Source: an uncultured archaeon (GTDB lineage: Archaea > Nanobdellota > Nanobdellia > Pacearchaeales > GW2011-AR1). Taken from it: a stretch of 64,000 nt of DNA. The position numbers were made by a program, and so were the translations under genes. Below, in pieces: positions 46,189-53,990 of the stretch. The notes under the pieces were generated by a model. That model saw only the letters and a program-made list of their open reading frames with translations, was not told the origin of the DNA and ran no database searches. Each line of letters begins with the position of its first letter. Within the stretch, counting starts at the first letter, position 1. The stretch covers positions 18,092 through 82,091 of the forward strand of contig CABMGN010000002.1 in assembly GCA_902385635.1 (NCBI GenBank), given 5' to 3'.

Positions 46189-46242
46189 AGCCGTATCAAA
46201 CATTTTTTAAACATCATTCTCCTCTATATTTTAATAAAAAAG

Positions 46243-47790
46243 ATGGCAGCAACTGTAGATCAACTTATTGGTAAAATTAATCCAAAACTCTATGCAGAAA
46301 ATGGAGCAGAGCTCTTGAAGAAGTATGGCAGCTGGGATAAGATTCCGGCTGAAGAAGTAGTACCTAAACCTGCTTCGGAACATAAGCTAACTTACGACTC
46401 TTCTGCAGATCAGTTAGAGCCAATTTACTTCTATATTTTAGATATGATGAATGATCGTGCAATGAAACCTGAGAAGCTAGTTGATAATTTTTCTTCATCA
46501 CCCGGATCAGGACATTTTGGAGAGATGGGGCAGAGAATGTCTGTAATGCAACAACAAGGTGTTAAAATTTTAGGGGATATAAATAATGTCTTAAGAAGTG
46601 TTTTAAATATAATTTATGACTTAAAGGATTTCAGAACAAGACTACAAGTTTACAAGGATTCAAAAGATAAAGATCCTGCTAGAGCCGAAGCAGCAAGACT
46701 ATCTCTAAAACAAATTTGGTTAGATAAAGTAGATATTAATAAGGGGGTTCAGGGAAATTCTAGTATTAAAGCCATGGCTCTTTCACAAGCAGGGTTTGTT
46801 ACTCTTCTCGACGCATTTTTGGCTGTAAAGGATGAAAAAGAAGTCGCTAAAATGGATCTAAACGAGAGAGTAAAAAGAATTGTTGAACAGAGAATCCAAG
46901 AATTTAATGTCTGGGTTATACAGTCTGAAATGGAATTAAATAAAAGATATGAGATAGAAAAAACTTATTTGAAAAGTCAGGTAAATAGTCTAAAGATTTA
47001 TGCGCAATGGGCAAAGCCTTACCTAGTTGCAGCACAGCAGTTACAGATGACTGATATGTCAAAGAATCCTTCTTTAGTAAAAGCATTCAATACTATCCTT
47101 CTTCAATTAACATTAATTGGAAGTAATAAAGTAGATGTTGCAGACGAAGTTATTGCAAATAATTTCCCTACTGAATTAAAAGGTATGAAGATAAAAAGAG
47201 ATTATTTTGCTTGTACGCTTATTGACTTCTCATTCCGAGGGATTCCCCAGAGAGCCTCTGCAACACAATCACATTATGTTTTCGGGGGACTTTCAGAAGT
47301 TACATTTAGAGCTTATGCTTTGAATGCTGACGAGAAAAAAGCATTAAGCAAAGAAGTTGAAACTTCGTTGGTTAGTGATGTTCTGAAACTAATTGAAGGA
47401 GCAACAACAGAAAGTTTAGCAAATTTAAAAGATGAGATCGAATATTATCTAGAAGAAAAGCCCAAAGAAGAAAAAAAGGAAGAGAAAAGTAGTTCTTCTG
47501 GAGGCAAAGGATTTGGAGGAGTAATTGCTGACTTATTTTATCCCTTTGCAGCGATGTCTGGAAGGTACGATAAAGAAGGAAGTGCGGATACTTTCTCAGA
47601 TAAAAAAAGTGGAGATAAGAAAAAAGAAGATAAGTCAATTAGATCTGATGATTATATTGAAAAAACCTTTTTGAGAAAATTTGCTGAAGACAAAGCAAAA
47701 ACAACAACCTTTGATCTATTTGAAATCTACAAAAAGACTCACGGAATGGCAAGTTTCCCTCTTAATATGAATAAGAACGATCTTAGCTAA
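46243..47790 (+). CDS. hypothetical 515-aa protein, helical, with Lys/Glu/Ser/Gly low-complexity region near the C-terminus
   Basis: Long ORF 54 nt after rbcL. It has predicted long helices (VLRSVLNIIYDLKDFRTRLQVY; SEMELNKRYEIEKTYLKSQVNSLKIYAQW). No family recognised. Confidence 0.6.
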   Translation: MAATVDQLIGKINPKLYAENGAELLKKYGSWDKIPAEEVVPKPASEHKLTYDSSADQLEPIYFYILDMMNDRAMKPEKLVDNFSSSPGSGHFGEMGQRMSVMQQQGVKILGDINNVLRSVLNIIYDLKDFRTRLQVYKDSKDKDPARAEAARLSLKQIWLDKVDINKGVQGNSSIKAMALSQAGFVTLLDAFLAVKDEKEVAKMDLNERVKRIVEQRIQEFNVWVIQSEMELNKRYEIEKTYLKSQVNSLKIYAQWAKPYLVAAQQLQMTDMSKNPSLVKAFNTILLQLTLIGSNKVDVADEVIANNFPTELKGMKIKRDYFACTLIDFSFRGIPQRASATQSHYVFGGLSEVTFRAYALNADEKKALSKEVETSLVSDVLKLIEGATTESLANLKDEIEYYLEEKPKEEKKEEKSSSSGGKGFGGVIADLFYPFAAMSGRYDKEGSADTFSDKKSGDKKKEDKSIRSDDYIEKTFLRKFAEDKAKTTTFDLFEIYKKTHGMASFPLNMNKNDLS

Positions 47791-47829
47791 AAACAGAAAT
47801 TTAATAAATTTCAGAATTCTAAATAACAC

Positions 47830-48279
47830 ATGGCTAAAGAAGAAAAATCTAAGAGTGAGAAGGTTCCTGAGAAAAAGGAGCAGAAAGAAGAAGCTAAAGA
47901 AAGAATTAAGATAGTTTCACTTAAATCTGTTGAACCTAAAGAAGAACTTGTTACTTTTCAAAGTAAATGGGCTATGCTCGTTGACAGAAAGGACGAACCA
48001 GTTAGAAAACCAAAATTAGAATTAACTCTAGATAGTGAAAAGATTGAAAATTTAGAGCAAGATATTAAGAAAGTTTCTGCACAAAAGAAGAAGGGTCCTA
48101 GGGGAGATTATGATATAACTCCAAAATATGAGCAGAATAAATATAACGAAGTTGTTGGAGAGTATGAAAATCCTGAAAAAGAAGGAGTAAAAGTTAGAAC
48201 AGATTCTAAAACTGATGATAGATTAGATTTAATGAGAAATGATAATCTTCGACTTCAGAAGTACGAGGCTAAACACTAG
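47830..48279 (+). CDS. hypothetical Lys/Glu-rich 149-aa protein
   Basis: ORF 39 nt after the previous gene. Highly charged. The stop is TAG. No family recognised. Confidence 0.5.
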   Translation: MAKEEKSKSEKVPEKKEQKEEAKERIKIVSLKSVEPKEELVTFQSKWAMLVDRKDEPVRKPKLELTLDSEKIENLEQDIKKVSAQKKKGPRGDYDITPKYEQNKYNEVVGEYENPEKEGVKVRTDSKTDDRLDLMRNDNLRLQKYEAKH

Positions 48280-48321
48280 TTTTATATAGGATTATTGTAT
48301 TATTATGTAAAGGTGATTATC

Positions 48322-50148
48322 ATGGCCATTGATGAGTCAAAATATTTAATCAAACCATTCTATCAGGGGGGATATTCTAGTCTTCAGCCAAGTAAGGCAG
48401 GGGATAATTTTACAGGCTATCATGTTAAGACTGGTGGAATTGGCCTTACTGCAAATCCTACTGTTGCAAATCAGATTGGAGAGTTGAGTAAAAACCTAAA
48501 CACGGGTGCTGTTGCTGTGGAGGTTGGAACACTCAGTCCACAAAACTGGGAGACTATTCCTAAACAACATTTTGCAGAAATGAGGAGGTTAGGAAAATTA
48601 ACTGGTGCAAAAGTTACACTCCACGCTCCGATTCAAGGTGTTGAACCTTCAGGATTGGACCCTCAAGGACAAAGACCGTGGGACGAAACACAAAGATTAG
48701 CTGTTGAAAGACAACTGAATGATGTTGTTGTTAAAGCAATAGATATGCAAGGAGAGAAAGGTAGAATTCCAATAACAATTCACGCATCTAACTTGCCTGG
48801 AAACGAATATGTTAGAGATGGTAAGGGAGGATTAAAAGCACATAGACTCGCACTTGTTAATAGAGAGGATGGAAGAACAGCAGTTATCGAAGAAAAAAAG
48901 AAAGTTGAGCCCTGGATGGAAAAAGAATCCTTTGAGGGAGGAGAGAAAGCAGGCAAGCTAATGGATCCTGCAGAGGAGCTTAGAAGAATTAATAGAGATA
49001 GTTGGCAGAGTACACTTTCAAATATTGCTTATAATAAAAGTTTTGTCGATAGAAGCCTTAAAGATAGTTATGTACAACTTCAAGATTTTGAAAAAGAAAT
49101 GAAAGAGAAGAAGATTAGCCCTGAAGAATTAAAAGAGCTAGGATTTTCTCCCCAGGGAGAAGCCTATAGAACAATAAAAAATTCTGAAGCAATTCTTACA
49201 AATACAACTAGAGAAATTTATAATCTTTTCAATATGGCTTACAAAAATGGGACAGATGAAGAGAGAGCGAAACTTTTTGAAGCTTCTGAAAAGTTTAAAC
49301 AAGGATACAAAGACGGGGAATCTATAATAAAAAAGTCCGAAGCACTACAGGTGATTATTAATACTTTACAGGATGTTTCCCCGAGAATTTATGTTCCTGT
49401 TGAAGAATTTGTTATGGATAAATCTGCAGAGACTTTTGGGAATGTTGGTTTTAAGGGCTTTATGGAAGCAAAAAAACAACATAAAGAAGCTCCGATGATT
49501 AGTGTTGAAAATTTATTTCCAGGTATGGCTTTTTCAACAGGCCAGGCTGTAGCTGATTTAGTTAAAAAATCAAGAGAAGAATTTGTGAAAAAAGCTGTAG
49601 ACGCTGGAGAGATGAATAAACAAGAAGCAGAAAGGATGGCTGAAAAAGTTATTGGTATGACTCTCGATGTTGGACATTTAAATATTCATAAAAAAGAAGG
49701 AATCAAGGATGAGGATCTAATGAGAGAGGTTGAGAAAGTTAAGAAATTGGTTAAACATGTACATATTACAGACAATTTTGGTTATGGTGATTCTCACTTG
49801 CCCCCTGGAATGGGAAATGTTCCGATTGGGAAAGTTTTGGAACAGTTAGAAAAAGAAGGTTATAGCGGAACAAAGATTTTAGAAGTTGGTGGATGGATTA
49901 ATGCATTCAATACAAATCCGTACGCACTTTCATTAGAGGGATTGGGGACGCCAATAGGAAGTACTGGTGGAGCTTACTGGAATCAGTCTGCGGGATTGAC
50001 TCAGGGTTATTTTGGAGGATATGGAACATTTTTACCTCAAATAAATTATGAAACATTTGGGGGGGGATTCTCGACCCTTCCAGCTGAACTTGGGGGCCAG
50101 AGATTGGCTGGGCCAGGAAGTAGAATGTCTGGCCGGGGTTTAGAATAA
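48322..50148 (+). CDS. xylose-isomerase-like / endonuclease-IV-like TIM-barrel protein split by a ~230-aa helical insertion, Gly-rich tail
   Basis: Ordered metal-ligand-like motifs are TLHAPI, ITIHASN, ISVENLFPG, TLDVGHLN, HVHITDN, GDSHLPPGMGNVPIG and KILEVGG. GGTGA lies 6 nt upstream of ATG 48322. Confidence 0.6.
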   Translation: MAIDESKYLIKPFYQGGYSSLQPSKAGDNFTGYHVKTGGIGLTANPTVANQIGELSKNLNTGAVAVEVGTLSPQNWETIPKQHFAEMRRLGKLTGAKVTLHAPIQGVEPSGLDPQGQRPWDETQRLAVERQLNDVVVKAIDMQGEKGRIPITIHASNLPGNEYVRDGKGGLKAHRLALVNREDGRTAVIEEKKKVEPWMEKESFEGGEKAGKLMDPAEELRRINRDSWQSTLSNIAYNKSFVDRSLKDSYVQLQDFEKEMKEKKISPEELKELGFSPQGEAYRTIKNSEAILTNTTREIYNLFNMAYKNGTDEERAKLFEASEKFKQGYKDGESIIKKSEALQVIINTLQDVSPRIYVPVEEFVMDKSAETFGNVGFKGFMEAKKQHKEAPMISVENLFPGMAFSTGQAVADLVKKSREEFVKKAVDAGEMNKQEAERMAEKVIGMTLDVGHLNIHKKEGIKDEDLMREVEKVKKLVKHVHITDNFGYGDSHLPPGMGNVPIGKVLEQLEKEGYSGTKILEVGGWINAFNTNPYALSLEGLGTPIGSTGGAYWNQSAGLTQGYFGGYGTFLPQINYETFGGGFSTLPAELGGQRLAGPGSRMSGRGLE

Positions 50149-50189
50149 TAAGGTTTAAAATATATATTAAACTAGATAGATTATAAAAA

Positions 50190-51026
50190 ATGGTGAAAAA
50201 AAATTCTATTAAAACAATAAAAAGAGAAGTAAAAATTCCATCTATGCAATTGAAGACAGAAAAAGAAATTGCGATGGACTTCGCGGTTAAAGTTTATAAA
50301 AAATTTGACAGAGCAATAAAGTCTATTGTTCTTTTCGGAAGTGCAGCCAAACAGGAAGGAGAATCCGGATCAGATATAGATATTGTGATTATACTAGATG
50401 ACGTCTCGATTGGGTGGGACATGGAAACTGTTGCTTGGTATAGAGAAGAATTAGCTAAAATTTTGCAACTTAATCCGTATGTTAAACCAATTCATGTTAA
50501 TACTATTAAATTAAGTACTTGGTGGGAAGATCTTTTGAGAACAGATCCGGTAGTGGTAAATGTTCTTCGTTACGGAATTTCCTTAGTTGACTTTGGTGGA
50601 TTTTTTGAACCAATGAAAGTTTTACTTGCAAATGGGAAACTCAGACCTTCTCCCGAAGCAATTTATAATTGTTTACAAAGAGCTCCGACAAGTCTTGCAA
50701 GAAGTAAATCTTCGGTAAGAGGAGCTATCGAGGGGTGTTTTTGGTGCATGGTTGACTCTGCACATAGCGCTTTGATTGCTGTAGGAAGCCTTCCTCCTTC
50801 TCCAGAACACATACCTTTAGAACTCAAGACAAAGTTTGTTGATACAAAAATGCTTGATAAAAAGTATGTTATATGGTATAGAGACCTGCTGGTTTTACAT
50901 AAAAGAATATCTCATAATGAGATCTTTGGACTCAAGGGCGCTGAAGTAGATGTTTGGCAACAAAGAAGTGAAGAATTTTTGGGTGTTATGGCTACTTTAG
51001 TTAATAGCCTTGTAAGTAATAAATAA
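50190..51026 (+). CDS. nucleotidyltransferase (Pol-beta superfamily) fused to helical HEPN-like C-domain
   Basis: VLFGSAAKQEGESGSDIDIVIILDD is the GS...DxD motif. The C-terminal helical domain has YRDLLVLH (Rx5H). Confidence 0.7.
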   Translation: MVKKNSIKTIKREVKIPSMQLKTEKEIAMDFAVKVYKKFDRAIKSIVLFGSAAKQEGESGSDIDIVIILDDVSIGWDMETVAWYREELAKILQLNPYVKPIHVNTIKLSTWWEDLLRTDPVVVNVLRYGISLVDFGGFFEPMKVLLANGKLRPSPEAIYNCLQRAPTSLARSKSSVRGAIEGCFWCMVDSAHSALIAVGSLPPSPEHIPLELKTKFVDTKMLDKKYVIWYRDLLVLHKRISHNEIFGLKGAEVDVWQQRSEEFLGVMATLVNSLVSNK

Positions 51027-51191
51027 TTATAACTGAATAATCTGGTAAGGATTCTGCTTTTTTCTTATTCCTCTATCTAAATTAAGACTTTTCCATTCTA
51101 GTCTATCTAAAATTTCTACCCTCTCTTTAAGGTATTTCCAAATATTATTTAGACTTTCAGCAAGATCTAAGTAAGTGTGTAAGTGTGACAT
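51027..51191 (-). CDS. possible small helical protein (54 aa)
   Basis: Not in the ORF track. Product is MSHLHTYLDLAESLNNIWKYLKERVEILDRLEWKSLNLDRGIRKKQNPYQIIQL. Its stop abuts the convergent NTase stop. Coding status is unproven. Confidence 0.25.
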   Translation of the reverse strand: MSHLHTYLDLAESLNNIWKYLKERVEILDRLEWKSLNLDRGIRKKQNPYQIIQL

Positions 51192-51225
51192 TTTTTTAGA
51201 ATTGGTTTTTAGTTATAAACTAAGT

Positions 51226-51831
51226 TTAAGCTGCTTTACCAGCTAGTTCTTGTTCAACAGCTTTTATAGCTCCTTCTAAGCCTTTTGAGGTTTTTGAAGC
51301 TACTTCTCCTAGAGCTTTTGAAGCTGCTCCGAATAATGAATTCTGTTGATAAGAGCCTATAATTAATGCTGCAACTTTTTTTGCAAATGGATTTTTTGAG
51401 CTAACAGCGTCTTCTACGTACATTCCAGCAATTGCTTTTGGAACTTGACCTTTGTACCCCACAAGTCCGGCTAAATCTTGGAGTGTTACATAATTTATTG
51501 ATTCTTGTTCTGCTACTGCACAAGACTGAATTGCCTGAAGCTCAGAAACATTACCAGTATATCTCTGACCCCCAACTCTTGCAGACTCTGCTACTGATGC
51601 AAAAGGGTTTACTTTCTCACCAGTCTTTGGGTCAGTATAAGATGCACCTTCAGCTAGAGCGGGTTTGTATACACTCTGCTCAAGAGCAGCATTAACTGCT
51701 TCTCCAAAGTCCTGTTTAGCAGCATGAATATTATAAACTACTCCAAGCCTTGCTACAGTTCCCTTAAGGTTCTTAAGAGCAATGTCTCTTCTCTTCTCCT
51801 TTTGTGCTTTTGTAAGCTCTTGTTTTGCCAT
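51226..51831 (-). CDS. Ala-rich hypothetical protein (201 aa), probably abundant
   Basis: Its own TATA-like TTTATAAA (51852-51859) lies about 21-28 nt upstream of the ATG. It sits just downstream of the ribosomal protein genes. Composition is Ala/Gly/Val/Gln-rich. No family recognised. Confidence 0.55.
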   Translation of the reverse strand: MAKQELTKAQKEKRRDIALKNLKGTVARLGVVYNIHAAKQDFGEAVNAALEQSVYKPALAEGASYTDPKTGEKVNPFASVAESARVGGQRYTGNVSELQAIQSCAVAEQESINYVTLQDLAGLVGYKGQVPKAIAGMYVEDAVSSKNPFAKKVAALIIGSYQQNSLFGAASKALGEVASKTSKGLEGAIKAVEQELAGKAA

Positions 51832-51896
51832 AATTTTAGATAGAATTAAAGTTTATAAATGTTTCGATTATGTTGTTTCACTGGAGTAGTAACAAA

Positions 51897-52454
51897 TCAG
51901 AAAGCTTTAGCCTTTTCGGGGGTTAACTCTTCGTAAACTACCTTCATTCTGCCCGGTAACTTTGGCTTAACTTTATGGAAAAAGACCCTTGTTTCTGCTA
52001 CAGCCTTCTGTGTTGGGAGGTAAAACTCAAATAGTTTACTTCCTGGCTTTAGTATAGCTGCTTTACTAATAGACTTCCCGTAAGATAACTGCATTCCAGT
52101 CTGCATACGATCAGCACCAGCACCTGTCAACATTTTGTTTTCTCTTTGAATGTGGTGTGGGAAAGGAACTACTTTAAACACGTATAATCCGGGGGAAATA
52201 AGGTCAAGTTGCTTGTTTAGGTACTGTCTGCATGCTTCTAGAGCAGTATGCCTTACTTGTATATTCTCTGTAGAGAATACGGTTAGTTTGAAAGGAAGTT
52301 TTCCCTCTCTAACTAGCTTTGGACTTCCCATAGAGAACTTAACAATTTTCTGAGGAGGAACAACTTTGATGAAAGCCTTGTTCTTTTTCTTACTTATTCT
52401 AGTATAAGGACAGGTATGAATTCTTGAGTATGCTGCTGCTTTTCTAAGTGCCAT
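51897..52454 (-). CDS. rpl10e: 50S ribosomal protein L10e (uL16)
   Basis: MALRKAAAYSRIHTCPYTRISKK...GAGADRMQTGMQLSYGK. Confidence 0.9.
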   Translation of the reverse strand: MALRKAAAYSRIHTCPYTRISKKKNKAFIKVVPPQKIVKFSMGSPKLVREGKLPFKLTVFSTENIQVRHTALEACRQYLNKQLDLISPGLYVFKVVPFPHHIQRENKMLTGAGADRMQTGMQLSYGKSISKAAILKPGSKLFEFYLPTQKAVAETRVFFHKVKPKLPGRMKVVYEELTPEKAKAF

Positions 52455-52455
52455 T

Positions 52456-52716
52456 TTACTTTATTTCAACCTCTGTTGTGATCGCTTGTCCTGGAAGGCC
52501 TTGTTCGAAGATTGCTCTAACAACACCCTTGTTCCCGTGAGGAGCAGAAATTTTACCTTTGATTATTTTTCCTGCAGAAGATTTCCAGACAACATCTTTT
52601 CCTACAAACTTTGTAGCTTTCTCTTTAGAAGTTGATTCTGGAATTTCAATTAGAAAGTGTCTTTCATGAATTGTTTTCTTTCCTCTCCTAAATTGAATAA
52701 CTCTACCCTTTGTCAT
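52456..52716 (-). CDS. rpl35ae: 50S ribosomal protein L35Ae (eL33)
   Basis: GRVIQFRRGKKTIHERHFLIEI...GKISAPHGNKGVVRAIFEQGLPGQA. Confidence 0.8.
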   Translation of the reverse strand: MTKGRVIQFRRGKKTIHERHFLIEIPESTSKEKATKFVGKDVVWKSSAGKIIKGKISAPHGNKGVVRAIFEQGLPGQAITTEVEIK

Positions 52717-52747
52717 GAGGAATTATATTGAAAGTGGTTTAAAAAGC

Positions 52748-53881
52748 TTATCTATTAAGAACGAATATCTGTCTTCCTACAATTTGACCTTCTCTGAATT
52801 CATCTATAGGAAACCCGGGAGCAATCTTTATACCTGTTGCATTTGAAATTCTTTCTCCATTACACGAGATTCTTTTACCTGTATGAAGACGAATTAGAGG
52901 AGAAGTAAAAACAATCTTAGAATTGGGTTTTAAATTTTTCTTAAAATTGTTAATCACCTTAATCATTAAGTCTTCAAAATCTTCAAGTGTCTTTTTTGCT
53001 TCATTAGGTGTTGGCGTTTTCTTTAGTATTGTCCCTAGATCGGGTTCTGTTGCGATTCCAGAAAATTTTTCAGCTAAATTGATTTTAGTAGAATCTGAGT
53101 TGAGGATTTTGTATTTATTTTTATCGAAATTAAACCAAATTAGATTTTGTTTACAACCGTCTATTGCTTTTTTGTCTCTATCAATTCCTACAACTGAAAT
53201 GTTCTGGAGTAAAGATTCTTGGAGAATAACCCCTATGCCACAAAAAGGGTCTAGTAATGTTTCATCTTGTTTTACTTGAGAAAGGTTAATTAAAATCTTC
53301 GCTAGGCGCGGAGAGATAGAAAGTTCTGGACGCCTAACTGGTTTTTTTGTATCTCGTAATTCTATTTTTTCGTAATCACATTTCTGAATTATTTTTCCAA
53401 AATAAATTTTATTCTTGTCACCAAAAATAAAGAATTCTTCCTCGACATTTGGAGAACGAAGGTTTCTCACTTCTTCTCCTTCCTGTGTTTTAATAAAGCC
53501 CGAAGCATGCTTTTCTGTTGCTTTTAACTTCTCTGACCTAAATCTCGCTTTGAGATAATCTGAAATTTGATTATAGGAATTATCCTCTGAAAAGTTCCAG
53601 ATTAGATAATTAAGTTTGTTACTCTCTCCCAAATAAATTTGTTTCTTGTCTAGTTTAGTAAAAAGTTCTTTCCATGTTCCTTCTTCGAGTACTTCTCCTA
53701 TTGAAATTGTTCCCCCTAAAAAATCCACAACCTCTTTTTTTATAGGATTCTTTGTTTCCAAAAAAAGAGCATTTTTTTCTTTCTTCTCGAAGAGAATTTT
53801 ATTTTCTTCTTTTTCCATAAAAGCGCGAACTTCTTCTTTAGAAAGTTCAGAGTTTCTTCCTAGAATAAATAAGTATTTCAT
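52748..53881 (-). CDS. putative RNA (guanine-N2) methyltransferase, UPF0020/Trm11-like
   Basis: LLDPFCGIGVILQESL is SAM motif I of this family. IATEPDLG occupies the position of the (D/N)PPY motif. The N-terminal region was not verified as THUMP. Confidence 0.6.
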   Translation of the reverse strand: MKYLFILGRNSELSKEEVRAFMEKEENKILFEKKEKNALFLETKNPIKKEVVDFLGGTISIGEVLEEGTWKELFTKLDKKQIYLGESNKLNYLIWNFSEDNSYNQISDYLKARFRSEKLKATEKHASGFIKTQEGEEVRNLRSPNVEEEFFIFGDKNKIYFGKIIQKCDYEKIELRDTKKPVRRPELSISPRLAKILINLSQVKQDETLLDPFCGIGVILQESLLQNISVVGIDRDKKAIDGCKQNLIWFNFDKNKYKILNSDSTKINLAEKFSGIATEPDLGTILKKTPTPNEAKKTLEDFEDLMIKVINNFKKNLKPNSKIVFTSPLIRLHTGKRISCNGERISNATGIKIAPGFPIDEFREGQIVGRQIFVLNR

Positions 53882-53990
53882 GCAAAAGAGAGTAAAAAGA
53901 GGAATTTAAAGTTAATCTCTTAAAAATTCTCAAAAGATTCGACCCCTTTTAAGGTAAGTATTAACTAATCAAAGGGTTCCACACTTAAAG

